A DNA stretch of 64,000 nt from Planctomycetota bacterium (lineage in GTDB: Bacteria > Planctomycetota > UBA1135 > UBA2386). The DNA lies in contig CANMWZ010000020.1 of NCBI GenBank assembly GCA_947501605.1, forward strand, positions 1 to 64,000, given 5' to 3'. Below, in pieces: positions 28,731-41,222 of this stretch. The notes under the pieces were generated by a model. That model did no database searches. It worked only from the letters and a program-made list of their open reading frames with translations, and was not told where the DNA came from. Position 1 is the first letter of the stretch. Every line of letters starts with the position of its first letter. A program made the translations under genes and the position numbers.

Positions 28731-30791
28731 ATGACTCGCCCTACCGCGCTGACTGCATTGCTCCTGCTGCTAGCAGCCGTCGGCGCCATCCTGTTCTGGC
28801 CCGAGGCTACGCCGGCCACCCCGCCCCTACCGGCGCCCACCAGCGAGCCCGAGAAACCGGCCGCGTTCCCGGAGACGCCGGTGGCAACGCCACCCGGCAA
28901 CAGTCAAACCGAGCGCCGCACGGTGGACGAGCCTGCACGCACCGTGGCATCCGTGCCGCGCAGCAGCGCCGACTCCGCGCAAGGCGTCCGTGGTCAGGTC
29001 ACCGACGACCGCGACCGACCCATCGAAGGCGTTCAGGTCTCCCTCCTCGAGAGCGTCAGCAACGACCCGTTCGGCCGGTTCCTGAACCAGAACCAATCGG
29101 TGCCGACTCTGGCCACCGCCGCGGGCCAGACGGCCGCGGACGGGACCTTTGCGCTCGGTCTGCGCGAGCCCTCTGCGCGGCGATTCGAACTGTGCATTCT
29201 GGCCGAGGGGTTCGCGACCGAGCGGCTGGGCGAACTCGCGGTGCACGACGGGGAGTGGACCGAGCTCGGCAGCATCCAGTTGGCTCCTGGCTGCACGATC
29301 CACGGTCGCGTGACCGTCGCCGGCACCGACCTGCCCGTGCCGCAGGCGACGGTATGGCTCGAGAGTGGCGATCCGTTTGTGGACATCGGCCCAGCGCACC
29401 TCGAAGGTTGGCAAGACCGGCGCGCCGCCGTTGTTGGTGCCGACGGGCGCTACGAACTGCGGCACGCGCCGCGCCGCGGCGTGTTCCGCTTGCTGGCGTC
29501 GGCACCGGGGTTCGGCCGCCAGATTCGTGACGAACTCGAACTCTCCGGGCGCGGCATTGTGGAGCAGGACTTTGCCCTGCCGCGCGGCCTCTCGATCGCC
29601 GGCCGGCTGGACCCGGGCAGTCGCTCGCTCGGTGCCGTGCGCATCACCGTCTATCCGAAGGCCGCGGAGCCTGCGTTCGTCGGTTCGGTCGCCAGCGATG
29701 GTCGCTTCTTTGTGCACGGACTACGCGAAGGCCCGCACTTGTTGCAGATTGCAGCCGACGGTTTCCAACCCGTCGCAATGGATGATGTGGCTGCTGGTAC
29801 CGCGGACCTACTGGTGACTCTCGCTGCCCGCGGGCGAGCCGGCGTCGAAGTGCGCGACGGCAAGGGGGCGGTGCAGCGGCGGTATCGCCTCGCCATCCGC
29901 CAGTGGTTCGAGGGGAACGGTGGCCAGATCGGCATCGTGAGGGACGTTCCCGATCGAGTCGTGCATCTCGAAGCGAGCACCGATGTCGCGTTCGTGGAGG
30001 GTCTCGACGATGGGGAATTCGTCTTCCAGATCGAAGCCGACGGCTTCGCCTCGACCATGTCGCCCGTCGTGCGGCTCGATGCAACCACGCGCGAGGCGAA
30101 GGTAGCGATGACCTTGGCGCGGGGCGGCCAGTTGGCCGGCACTGTGGTTGACGAAGCGGGTCGTCCGGTAGCTGGCGCAACGGTTCGCACCCAGCCGCAG
30201 GGCGCGACCGAGGACAATCCCGTGTTCCGGATGCTGCAGAGCCTTGTGCCAGACCGCATCACCCGAGCGGAGGCGACGACGGGTGCGGACGGCACCTATC
30301 TGCTGACCCGACTCGCGCATGCGGACTACCAACTCGAAGTCTTGCACCCGGAGTTCTGCAGATCCGTGCGTCGCGGCCAGTTGGTGGAGGAAGATCGAAC
30401 CGAGACTGTGGCGCCGATCCGCCTACAGCGCGGGGCAACTGTTCGCGGTCGGGCCCTTGCCGCCGGCAAGCCCATGCCGCAGGCACAAATCGTGCTGACG
30501 CCCCTACTCACGGATCTCGCGACGGGAGAACCGCTGCCGGACGCCGCCGACAAAAGCACGGACGAAACTTCCATAGCCCGCGTCGAAGCTGTTACGAACC
30601 AGGACGGTAGCTTCGCGCTGCCTCGCCGGGTCCCGCCCGGCATCTACGAACTCCGCGGCGTGACGATGGTCGGTCAGGATCCCACAGGGGATGCGTTCCA
30701 GAAACTTGTGCAGATGAAGAGATCTAGCGTCCGCATCGAAGTCCATCTCGGCCAACTGGTCGTTGAGCAGGACATCGAACTAGACCGCTGA
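28731..30791 (+). CDS. Membrane-anchored protein with multiple carboxypeptidase-regulatory-like beta-sandwich domains (paralog 1)
   Basis: N-terminal TM, Pro-rich linker, repeated GxVxDxxGxPVxGAxV..T..DG.Y/F units. Confidence 0.8.
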   Translation: MTRPTALTALLLLLAAVGAILFWPEATPATPPLPAPTSEPEKPAAFPETPVATPPGNSQTERRTVDEPARTVASVPRSSADSAQGVRGQVTDDRDRPIEGVQVSLLESVSNDPFGRFLNQNQSVPTLATAAGQTAADGTFALGLREPSARRFELCILAEGFATERLGELAVHDGEWTELGSIQLAPGCTIHGRVTVAGTDLPVPQATVWLESGDPFVDIGPAHLEGWQDRRAAVVGADGRYELRHAPRRGVFRLLASAPGFGRQIRDELELSGRGIVEQDFALPRGLSIAGRLDPGSRSLGAVRITVYPKAAEPAFVGSVASDGRFFVHGLREGPHLLQIAADGFQPVAMDDVAAGTADLLVTLAARGRAGVEVRDGKGAVQRRYRLAIRQWFEGNGGQIGIVRDVPDRVVHLEASTDVAFVEGLDDGEFVFQIEADGFASTMSPVVRLDATTREAKVAMTLARGGQLAGTVVDEAGRPVAGATVRTQPQGATEDNPVFRMLQSLVPDRITRAEATTGADGTYLLTRLAHADYQLEVLHPEFCRSVRRGQLVEEDRTETVAPIRLQRGATVRGRALAAGKPMPQAQIVLTPLLTDLATGEPLPDAADKSTDETSIARVEAVTNQDGSFALPRRVPPGIYELRGVTMVGQDPTGDAFQKLVQMKRSSVRIEVHLGQLVVEQDIELDR

Positions 30792-30826
30792 TCCCCAACC
30801 GCTGATCCCAAGACTGCTGATCCCCG
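30784..30826. repeat. Three imperfect 14-15-bp tandem units AC(C/T)GCTGATCCC starting in the final codons of the upstream gene
   Basis: ACCGCTGATCCCCA / ACCGCTGATCCCAAG / ACTGCTGATCCCCG. Confidence 0.8.
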
Positions 30827-30887
30827 ACCGATCGTCTGCCACCCTGCGCCCGAACCCACGACGACCGACCACCGCCCCGAGGTTGCC

Positions 30888-32933
30888 TTGAACGCATCGA
30901 AGCTCTTGTTGTCCGTACTGTTGCTGCTCGGTATCGGCGCCGGCCTCTTCTTCTCGCTGCGCAGCGATCCCGGGGACGTGCCGCTGGTACCCACGACCGA
31001 CTCGCCCACACAGCCAAAGCCGGAGCAACCAGCCCCCATCGAGCCGGCGCCTGCGATCTCAGCGCCGCAGGACCCGATGCCCCAGCCAAACGATGTGCGC
31101 GTGACGGTCAAGCCGCCGGCGGATGCCAACACGGACGCACCGCAGGGCATCCGCGGGCGCGTCGTGCTGCCCGGCGGCGCGCCGGCGCCAGACATCGACG
31201 TCTTCCTGCTGCGCAGTTCGACCGCCGACGCCCTGAGCATCTATCTCGCCAATCGCCGCGGCCAGAAGATCGAGCCACTCGGTCAGGTGCGCACGGCCAC
31301 CGACGGCCGGTTCTCGATCGGCGTGGTGAAGGCGGGTGAGACCTACGACCTGCGCGTCGTCAGTGGGAACCATCCCGAGATCCAGCACAAGTCGATCAAG
31401 GTCCGGCCCGAAGACTGGTACGACACCGGCGACCTCGAACTGCCGGTGGGCAGCGTGGTCCAAGGCCGCGTGGTCGACGAGACGGGCAAGTTCCCGATCC
31501 CAGGCGCGACCGTGTTCCTCACGCTGCCTGGCCTCAACCATCAGATGCTGCCGACCCCTGGGCGCGAGCGCGGCATCATGACGACGGCGGATGGCAGCGG
31601 CTTCTTCCGCTACCCCAACGCACCGCGCGACACCATCATCAATCTCGGCGCCGAGGCTGCAGATTACGCCTACACCGAGCGACCGAACCTCCAGATCAAG
31701 GCGGCCGAGCAAAACGAGTTCACCATCGAACTCGCGCGCGGTCAGCCCATCCTCGGGACCATCGTCGATCCGACGGGCCGACCGATCGGCGGCGCGTCCA
31801 TTCTGGCGACGGCGCAGAGTGCCAAGTCGCCGCAGTCCGCCACCGCGCTGTCGAGCACCGACGGCAGCTTCGCCCTGCCCCTGCTGCGCCCGGGTCCCTA
31901 CCAACTCACGGTGACGGCGACGAACTTCGAAGACGTCATCGAGAAGCCAGTCTTCGCCGGAGCCGAGGATGTCCGCATCGTCCTCGAGCAACGCGGTCGC
32001 GTCCGCTTGCGCGTGCTGTCGGCCAAGGGCCAGCCGCTGAAGAACTACACGGTCGGACTGAAGCGCTACTTCGCCAACAACCCAGGCAGCATCGGCAAGG
32101 TGCCAGAGTTCCGGGACGTTCGCATCACGCCCGCGGACTACGAGGGCGACTATGCCAACATCCGCAACGTTCCAAACGGTGACTTCGTCTTCCAGATCAT
32201 CGAGAGCGAGCACGCCAAGACCCTGTCGAGCTTCTTCACCATGACCGCGGAGAAGGAGTCTCCCACCATCGACGTGACGCTCATCCTGGGTGCGGCGATC
32301 AGCGGACAAGTCGTCGACGACCAGGGCCGCCCGGTGCCGGGCGCCACGGTCGTGACCGACATGAACGGCGGCGTCGCAATCGACACGGGCTTCTTTGAGA
32401 TGTTCCGCAGCTTCCTGCCGGACAAGCACACCACGAGCTCGGAGAAGACCGACAGCAACGGTCGGTTCCGCCTGCGCCGTCTCGCCTTCGCCGACTACAT
32501 GCTGCGCGTTTCGCATCCCGACTTCTGCGAGGGCATCGTGCTCGAGATCAAGCTCGAGACGGATAGCGAAGACCGCAACGTCGGTCAGATCCAGTTGCGC
32601 CGCGGCGCGTTGGTCGAGGGCACGTGTCGCCTCGGCGGCCGCGGCAGCGGCCAGATCAAGGTGATGATCGGCCCGCCCACGGGCTTCAAACCTGAACTCG
32701 ACCCCCAAGGCAAGCCCGCGCCGATGTTCACGGCAACGGCAACGACGGACGGCGACGGCATCTATCGCTTCCTGAAGCGCGTCCCACCCGGCACCTACAA
32801 GATCCACGCCTTCAAGGAAGCCGGTGGCGACGACGTGTTCGGGCGCTTCAAGCAGATGAGGGAGACCGAGCGGCCGCTGATCATCACGATCGGCCAGGAC
32901 CAAGCGGTCCAGAACTTCGACATGTCGCTGTAG
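30888..32933 (+). CDS. Membrane-anchored protein with multiple carboxypeptidase-regulatory-like domains (paralog 2)
   Basis: Same architecture as, and colinear with, 28731-30791; TTG start. Confidence 0.82.
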   Translation: MNASKLLLSVLLLLGIGAGLFFSLRSDPGDVPLVPTTDSPTQPKPEQPAPIEPAPAISAPQDPMPQPNDVRVTVKPPADANTDAPQGIRGRVVLPGGAPAPDIDVFLLRSSTADALSIYLANRRGQKIEPLGQVRTATDGRFSIGVVKAGETYDLRVVSGNHPEIQHKSIKVRPEDWYDTGDLELPVGSVVQGRVVDETGKFPIPGATVFLTLPGLNHQMLPTPGRERGIMTTADGSGFFRYPNAPRDTIINLGAEAADYAYTERPNLQIKAAEQNEFTIELARGQPILGTIVDPTGRPIGGASILATAQSAKSPQSATALSSTDGSFALPLLRPGPYQLTVTATNFEDVIEKPVFAGAEDVRIVLEQRGRVRLRVLSAKGQPLKNYTVGLKRYFANNPGSIGKVPEFRDVRITPADYEGDYANIRNVPNGDFVFQIIESEHAKTLSSFFTMTAEKESPTIDVTLILGAAISGQVVDDQGRPVPGATVVTDMNGGVAIDTGFFEMFRSFLPDKHTTSSEKTDSNGRFRLRRLAFADYMLRVSHPDFCEGIVLEIKLETDSEDRNVGQIQLRRGALVEGTCRLGGRGSGQIKVMIGPPTGFKPELDPQGKPAPMFTATATTDGDGIYRFLKRVPPGTYKIHAFKEAGGDDVFGRFKQMRETERPLIITIGQDQAVQNFDMSL

Positions 32934-33007
32934 GCCGCCTGCGGGCGCACGCAGGCCCGCAGTTCGTAGGGCAGCCTAGCCCGGGCGCGGGTAGTCTCCC
33001 CGCCCCA

Positions 33008-34141
33008 ATGGACCGCACGCCCGACGATCGACCGACCCCGACGACCTACTGGGACTACATCCGCGTCGAGGATCTGCTCTCGCTCCAGAAGGGGCGCGAC
33101 GACAGCGACCACAGCCTGTCCGATGACGAAGTTCGCTTCATCGTCATCCACCAGATCGACGAGCTGTGGTTCAAGCTTGTGCTGCGCGAACTCGCAACGG
33201 CGCGGAACCTGTTTGCGCGCGTGCCCGTGCCCGAATCGGACCTCGGGTTCGCCGTCGCCGCCCTGCGTCGCATCACGACGATCTTCGTGCTCGCGGCCCA
33301 GCACTTCACCCTGATGGAGACGATGCGGACACAGGACTACCTCCTGTTCCGCGACAAGCTCTACCCCGCCTCGGGCTTCCAGTCGGCGCAACTGCGCGAG
33401 ATCGAGATCCTCATGGGTCTCGATGATCGCGACCGAATCCCGCTCGGCAAGGAGCAGAGCTTCAAGACTGCGCTCAAAGCACCCTCCGGTGGCGACTCCC
33501 CGGCGTTGCGCCGCGTCGAGGCCCGCGAAGCCGACACCCCGACGCTGAAACATGCGGTAATGAGTTGGTTGTCACGGACACCTATCGACGGCAGCTCGCC
33601 GAATGACCCCAACGACCATGCCGTCGTCGATGCATTCGTTGCCCGCTACGTGAGCGGCCACGAACGCATGCTCCTCGACGCCAGCAACAGCGCCATCGCG
33701 ATGCAGGCAATGACCAAGGAGGACGAGGCCAGACTTCGGCAGCGTTACCAAGGCCAGTTCGAGGGATCGCGCATGCACATGGAAGCACTCGACGTCGAAC
33801 CGAGCACGCGAGCGGCGACCAAGCGCCTGCGCGCTGCGATTCTGTTCGTCGACAGCAATCGCGATCTGCCCCTCCTCAGTTGGCCAGGTCAAGTCATCGA
33901 CGCGCTGATCGAGTGTGAGCAGAGCACTCTGGTGTTCCGTCAGCGCCACGCACGCATGGTCGAGCGCGTGATCGGACGTCGCATCGGCACTGGCGGCAGC
34001 GACGGCGTCGCCTACCTCGACAGCACGGCACTGCGCTACCGCGTGTTCCCCGAGATCTGGGCAGCCCGCACGCTGCTGCTGCCGCCGGGGCTCTGTCCGA
34101 AGGTCCAGAATCGCGCCTTCTACGGCTTCCAGCACGCTTGA
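33008..34141 (+). CDS. kynA: Tryptophan 2,3-dioxygenase
   Basis: YWDYI..LLSLQ, FIVIHQIDELWFK, ASGFQSAQLREIE, RQRHARMVERVIG, GTGGSDG. Confidence 0.92.
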   Translation: MDRTPDDRPTPTTYWDYIRVEDLLSLQKGRDDSDHSLSDDEVRFIVIHQIDELWFKLVLRELATARNLFARVPVPESDLGFAVAALRRITTIFVLAAQHFTLMETMRTQDYLLFRDKLYPASGFQSAQLREIEILMGLDDRDRIPLGKEQSFKTALKAPSGGDSPALRRVEAREADTPTLKHAVMSWLSRTPIDGSSPNDPNDHAVVDAFVARYVSGHERMLLDASNSAIAMQAMTKEDEARLRQRYQGQFEGSRMHMEALDVEPSTRAATKRLRAAILFVDSNRDLPLLSWPGQVIDALIECEQSTLVFRQRHARMVERVIGRRIGTGGSDGVAYLDSTALRYRVFPEIWAARTLLLPPGLCPKVQNRAFYGFQHA

Positions 34142-34223
34142 CCTAGCTTCGACCCCGTTCTCCGTCAGTGCGCTCGGCCCGCCGGCCGTGCGCTCGGCGA
34201 CGGCGCCGTCCTTCCTGCTGCTG

Positions 34224-35395
34224 CTAGCGAGCGAGCCGACGATTCTCGGGGCGCGACTCGCGGCGCGTGAACGCCAGCACGTTGCCTCGCGGACGTTCCT
34301 TGCGGAAGCCGAGCAAGTGGAAGATCTCGGTCACGAACCACCGGGCAACGCGCCGATCGACGAGGATCGTGTTGACGTCCGCCGGATCGCGCCGAATGCC
34401 CGGCAACCAGTGCACGATGGCATCGAGCCGGAAGCGTCGCATCCCGCGGGCAACGAGCATCCAGAAGGACCGCACATCGCGCGCCAAGAAGAAGCCGTCG
34501 TCACCGAGCGCTTGGTAGAGCGGCAGCATGACGCGGCCGGGATACGGCGCCGGCACGACCCCACGCACATCGGTGCCGAGTTGGTCGCCTTTGCGGACGG
34601 CATCGAAATTCTTGAAGCCCGGCTTCATCACGAAGCGATCCCCGGCCGTGATCGCATGGCGATGCACGATCTCCACGACCTTGGGCTGACCTTCGGTCAC
34701 CTTCTTGATGTGGGCGCGGAACGGCGCGACATCGAACTGTGCCGACCGCAGCATGCCGAGACTCTCGAGCAGCAGCCACAAAACTGCCTCGTGGTTTCCG
34801 ACCGTGTCGCTGTGTTGGTGGCGCCCGCCTTCGATGGCGAAGTTGACGATGCCACGTTGGCTCCACCACTCGAGCGACGCACCGTCGATCGTCTCCTCGA
34901 TGCCCAGAATCAGCGGGATCCCCGTCGACAGCGCGACGCGACGGTTGTCGCTGGTGTCGGCGAGGCACAGAAACGGCGGCCCATCGGCTGAGCTGGTGTG
35001 CAGGTCGACGAATACGACCGGGCCGCGTGCCGCCTGGATCACGCGCTCGAACAGGGCGAGCAGCGAGCGCTGCTCTCGGTCCTCCTCGCTGTCGTCGGCT
35101 GCATTCCCAAGAAGCAGGCGACCGATGTTGTCTTGGCCCCACTGACGGTTCAGGTCGCGCTTCAAGAAGCGAACCCCTTTGGCCAATGCCTGCAAGTTGC
35201 CGCCGAACGCGACGACCCGGCCCTGGATGTCGAGTTCCAGCTCTTGCAGTCGGCCGAGCACGCGCTGCACGGCGAGGACGCCAGCGGGCTCGTTACCGTG
35301 CATGCCCGCGAGCACGCACAGCACGGGGCCCTTGTGGCCGCAATCCCAGGTCCCCAGCTCGCGACGGAACGTCGACAGTTCGCCGGTCGTCATGG

Positions 35396-35399
<4 letters not shown>
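34224..35399 (-). CDS. Succinylglutamate desuccinylase/aspartoacylase (AstE/AspA, M14-like) family hydrolase
   Basis: GMHGNEPAG, RDLNRQW, DLHTSS, IEGG, MKPGFKNF; ATG 35399 overlaps the upstream stop (ATGA). Confidence 0.88.
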
Positions 35400-37330
<1,931 letters not shown>

Positions 37331-37535
37331 GATGATTTGTGGCTCTTGCTACCCGTCGACAGGACGCCTTGGTGGAGGAACGCGGCGCGGTCCGCGAGCC
37401 TGCACGCGACGGACGGGGAGGGCGCGCATGGTCCCGTACCAGTCCCCCGAGGGAAACGGTCCACCGGCAGATCGCAGCCCGTTTCCGGCCGGCCCCCACT
37501 GGTGCAACCACAGTATCGCTGCCTAGAGTGCGCGC

Positions 37536-38036
37536 GTGTCTTCCCCATCCATCGCGGACAACACCGTCGTCACTCTCCACTATCAGCTCACCCTCGACGA
37601 CGGCTCGATCGCCGACTCGTCGTTCGAAGGTGACCCGCTGGCCTATCTGCATGGCCACGGCAACCTGGTCCCGGGACTCGAGCGCAAACTGCTCGGCAAG
37701 AAGCCCGGTGACAAGTTCGAGGTCAACGTGCCGCCAGCAGAAGGCTACGGCGAATACGACCCGAGCGCTGACCAGACCCTACCCCGCTCGGCCTTCCCCC
37801 CTGACGTCGATATCGAGGAAGGCATGGGCTTCCACACCGAGGACGATCAGGGCAATCCCATCCCGTTGTTCGTCAAGGAAGTGAAGGCCGCCACCAAGGA
37901 AGTGGTCATCACGACGAACCATCCGCTGTCCGGCCAGCGACTGAACTTCCGCATCGAAGTGCTGTCGGTGCGGTCCGCCACCAAGGATGAGTTGAAGCAC
38001 GGGCACGTGCACGGCCCGGGCGGCCACCACCACTGA
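37536..38036 (+). CDS. slyD: FKBP-type peptidyl-prolyl isomerase SlyD
   Basis: VVTLHYQL, DSS, YLHGHGNLVPGLE, EGYGEYD, NHPLSGQRLNF, His tail HGHVHGPGGHHH. Confidence 0.93.
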   Translation: MSSPSIADNTVVTLHYQLTLDDGSIADSSFEGDPLAYLHGHGNLVPGLERKLLGKKPGDKFEVNVPPAEGYGEYDPSADQTLPRSAFPPDVDIEEGMGFHTEDDQGNPIPLFVKEVKAATKEVVITTNHPLSGQRLNFRIEVLSVRSATKDELKHGHVHGPGGHHH

Positions 38037-38072
38037 GCGCCCGCAAGGCTCGGTGAAGAAACGCCCCGACCC

Positions 38073-40142
38073 TTGCAGGCGGCGCGGCCCTCGGCTTCCG
38101 TGCACGGCATGCTCCGCCGCCGCCCGCAGTCCTTGGCATTGGCTCTCCTGCTCGTGCTCGCGGTCGCGGCGTGCTCGGCGCCGACGGCACGCGCGTTCGC
38201 TACTGCCGTCGAGGACGCCGCCAGCGCGCCTGCTGCGGCAATCGCCACGGCGCACGACCGGGTGCACACAACCCGAGCGGGCAAGCACCTGCTGACCGTG
38301 CCGAAGGAAGACGACGCCTTCGGGTTTGTCGTCTACGGCGACCGCACCGGCGGCACCAAGGAGGGCATCGCGGTGCTGCGCGACGCGGTGCGTGACACCA
38401 ACCTGATCGATCCCGACCTGGTGTTCACCGTCGGCGACTTGGTGAACGGCTACAACGGCGACGCGCAGTGGAAGGAGCAAGCCAGCGAATACCGCGAGGC
38501 GATGAGCCACCTGCGCATGCCGTGGTTCCCGGTTGCGGGCAACCACGACGTCTACTGGCGCGGCGAGGGCAAGCCGAGCGGCGAGCACGAGCACAACTTC
38601 GAGACCGCGTTCGGGCCCCTGTGGTATGCCCTGGAGCACAAGAACTGCCTGTTCCTCGCGCTCTACAGCGACGAAGGGGATCCCGCGACCGGCAAGAAGG
38701 ACTTCGGCGACCCGTTGTGCCAGCGCATGTCGGAGGTGCAGTTCGAGTGGCTGCGCACAACGCTGCAGCAGCACAAGGACAAGCGGCACATCTTCGTCTT
38801 CTTGCACCATCCTCGCTGGCTGCCGGCGCGCTATCCCGGGGCTGATTGGGACCGCGTGCACCAGGTCTTGGCGCAGAACGGCAACGTCACGGCCGTATTC
38901 GCCGGGCACATCCACCGCATGCGCTTTGACGGCGTCCGCGATGGCATCCAGTACTACACGCTGGCTGCGGTCGGCGCGTATCTCGACCTGCCACTGCCGC
39001 AGGTCGGATTTCTGCACGAGTTCCACGTCGTCACCGTTCGCGACGAAGGGATCCAGCTCGCGGCCTTGCCGGTCGGAGCCGTCATGGACCCGAAAGCGAT
39101 CACCGGCGCGATGAGCGATGACGTCGAAGCGCTGCACGCCCGACTGCGACCCGAGAATGCTCGCGGCCTCGCCTTTGGCACGGATGGCAGCGCGACGGGC
39201 GAGATCCTCGTCGACTTCCACAACCCGGCGAGCCAACCGATCGAACTCGTGCTGCTGCCGGAAGGCGACGACTCGTGGAGCTTTGGCGAGGACCACACGC
39301 ACTTGCAGCTTGCCGCCGGTGCGCGGGCGACCGCCACAATCGCCGCCCGACGCCGCAGCAGCGACGCCACCGTCGCGCCGACCATGCCGCTCGTCGTGCT
39401 GCGCACGGACTATCTCTGCAACGGCCTTCGCATCGCGCTACCCGAAGTGCGCGCCGAACTCTCGCTGCAGCCCACGGACCTCGTCGGTCCAGCAGACGCA
39501 AAGAACGGCAGTGTCGCCCTCGATGGCGACAACGGCACGTCCCTCCGCGTCGAGCACGGTTTGCTCCAGGTGCCCGACGGACCGCTCACGGTCGAGGCCT
39601 GGGTCCGCGCCGACCAGCAGAAGGGCCGGCGCGCAGTGGTTGCGAAGACCGAGGGCAGCGAGTACGCGCTCACCCTGAGCGACGGCAAGCCCCACTTCGC
39701 CATCCGACTGGGCAACGCCTATGTCGCGGCGCGGGCGCCTGCGGCGTTGTCGCAGGAGGCCCAGTGGCACCATCTTGCCGGTGTCTACGACGGCAGTGAG
39801 GTTCGGCTCTACATCGACGGCGCGCTCGCCGCAAAGACACCTGGGGCCGGGACGCGCACTACCAACACACTGCCGCTCTTCGTCGGTGCCGACCCAAATG
39901 GGAAGGGCCAGCCGACCTCGTGCTTCTGCGGTGCAATCGACGAACTGCGGATCTCCACCACCGCGCGCTACGCCGGCACGAACTTCGACGCCCCCCTGCG
40001 CCACGAGCCCGACGGCGCCACCGCATTGCTGCTGCACTTCGACGTCGACCTCGGCGCGTGGTCACCGGACTCGTCGGGTAAGGGCGCGCACGCGCGTCGC
40101 CTTGGTCGCGCCCGCTGCGTGGCCGCGCCCGCCGCGAAGTGA
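38073..40142 (+). CDS. Secreted or lipoprotein metallophosphoesterase fused to a C-terminal LamG/concanavalin A-like domain
   Basis: Signal LALLLVLAVAAC, GDRTGG, GDLVNGY, GNHD, HHP, GHIH; LamG motifs TVEAWV, WHHLAGVYDG..LYIDG, IDELRIS; start possibly 38109. Confidence 0.82.
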   Translation: MQAARPSASVHGMLRRRPQSLALALLLVLAVAACSAPTARAFATAVEDAASAPAAAIATAHDRVHTTRAGKHLLTVPKEDDAFGFVVYGDRTGGTKEGIAVLRDAVRDTNLIDPDLVFTVGDLVNGYNGDAQWKEQASEYREAMSHLRMPWFPVAGNHDVYWRGEGKPSGEHEHNFETAFGPLWYALEHKNCLFLALYSDEGDPATGKKDFGDPLCQRMSEVQFEWLRTTLQQHKDKRHIFVFLHHPRWLPARYPGADWDRVHQVLAQNGNVTAVFAGHIHRMRFDGVRDGIQYYTLAAVGAYLDLPLPQVGFLHEFHVVTVRDEGIQLAALPVGAVMDPKAITGAMSDDVEALHARLRPENARGLAFGTDGSATGEILVDFHNPASQPIELVLLPEGDDSWSFGEDHTHLQLAAGARATATIAARRRSSDATVAPTMPLVVLRTDYLCNGLRIALPEVRAELSLQPTDLVGPADAKNGSVALDGDNGTSLRVEHGLLQVPDGPLTVEAWVRADQQKGRRAVVAKTEGSEYALTLSDGKPHFAIRLGNAYVAARAPAALSQEAQWHHLAGVYDGSEVRLYIDGALAAKTPGAGTRTTNTLPLFVGADPNGKGQPTSCFCGAIDELRISTTARYAGTNFDAPLRHEPDGATALLLHFDVDLGAWSPDSSGKGAHARRLGRARCVAAPAAK

Positions 40143-40190
40143 CCCGCAAGCGCCGTGGAGCGGCGGCCGCTACCGCGCTACAACGCGCCG

Positions 40191-41156
40191 ATGCCGAAGC
40201 CGTCGAAGTCGCAGCCGCCGAAGCGAACGCCCCCGTCGCGATCGAAGACCCAAACCCGCTCGAAACCAAAGCGCTTGGCGCAAACCGCGACGACGAAGCC
40301 ACCGTTCACCGCGCGCACAGCCGACAAGCACGTGCTCTACCAACTCTCGGTGCAGGCGCCTCTGCGCGAGGTCAAGTTCCTGTCGCGCTACTTCCAGAAG
40401 GCCACCGGCTGCGAACTGAACACCCTGCGCGAGGATTTCTGCGGCACGGGACTCATGGCCAGTTGGTTCGTGAAGCACAAGCCGCAGAACCGTGCGATTG
40501 GTGTCGACCTCGATCAGCCGACGCTGGACTGGGGCGTAGTCAACAATGTCGACACCCTGCTCGATGACGAACAAAAGACGCGCCTCACGCTGCTGTGCAA
40601 GGACGTGCGGACAGTCACAAGGCCAAAGGCGCAAGCGATCGCCGCGCTGAACTTCAGCTACTCGGTGTTCAAGCAGCGAGCCGAGTTGCTCGCCTACTTC
40701 CACGCCTGCTACCAGGGCCTGGAGCCCGGCGGCTTGCTGTTCCTCGATGGCTGGGGGGGGCCCGACGTACAGGCCATCAAGACCGACCGCACGCGGCACA
40801 AGGGCTTCGACTACTTCTGGGAGCAGCAGAAGTTCGACCCGATCTCGCACCACATCCGCTGCGCGATCTCGTTCAAGTTCCGCGACGGCACGCGGATGAA
40901 GAACGCGTTCGTTTACGACTGGCGGCTCTGGAACATGCCAGAGCTTCGAGAACTGATGGCGGAAGCCGGCTTCACCGACACGCACATCCTGTGGGAAGGG
41001 ACCCTCGGCGCCACCCGTGCCGGCAACGGGGTGTTCCGGCGCAAGGAAGTCGGCGACGCCGACTCGGCCTGGATTGTCTACGTCATCGGCCGCAAGCCAG
41101 GCGGAAAGACTCCGGCCCCATCGAGGGGACGAGCCCGTACGCAGCAGCGCAGTTGA
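40191..41156 (+). CDS. Class I SAM-dependent methyltransferase with basic N-terminal extension
   Basis: LYQLSVQ, LREDFCGTG, GVDLD, ALNFSY, LEPGGLLFLD, YDWRLW..PELRELMAEAGF. Confidence 0.8.
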   Translation: MPKPSKSQPPKRTPPSRSKTQTRSKPKRLAQTATTKPPFTARTADKHVLYQLSVQAPLREVKFLSRYFQKATGCELNTLREDFCGTGLMASWFVKHKPQNRAIGVDLDQPTLDWGVVNNVDTLLDDEQKTRLTLLCKDVRTVTRPKAQAIAALNFSYSVFKQRAELLAYFHACYQGLEPGGLLFLDGWGGPDVQAIKTDRTRHKGFDYFWEQQKFDPISHHIRCAISFKFRDGTRMKNAFVYDWRLWNMPELRELMAEAGFTDTHILWEGTLGATRAGNGVFRRKEVGDADSAWIVYVIGRKPGGKTPAPSRGRARTQQRS

Positions 41157-41222
41157 CGGGGAGCTTGCCGAAGTGCACCTCGGACAGAAGAATCCTCGCC
41201 CCCAGAACGGACCCCGCGAGCT

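Noticed and set aside
30784..30826. Possible CRISPR or mini-array
   Set aside because: Units are only 14-15 bp with no spacers, and there are no cas genes.
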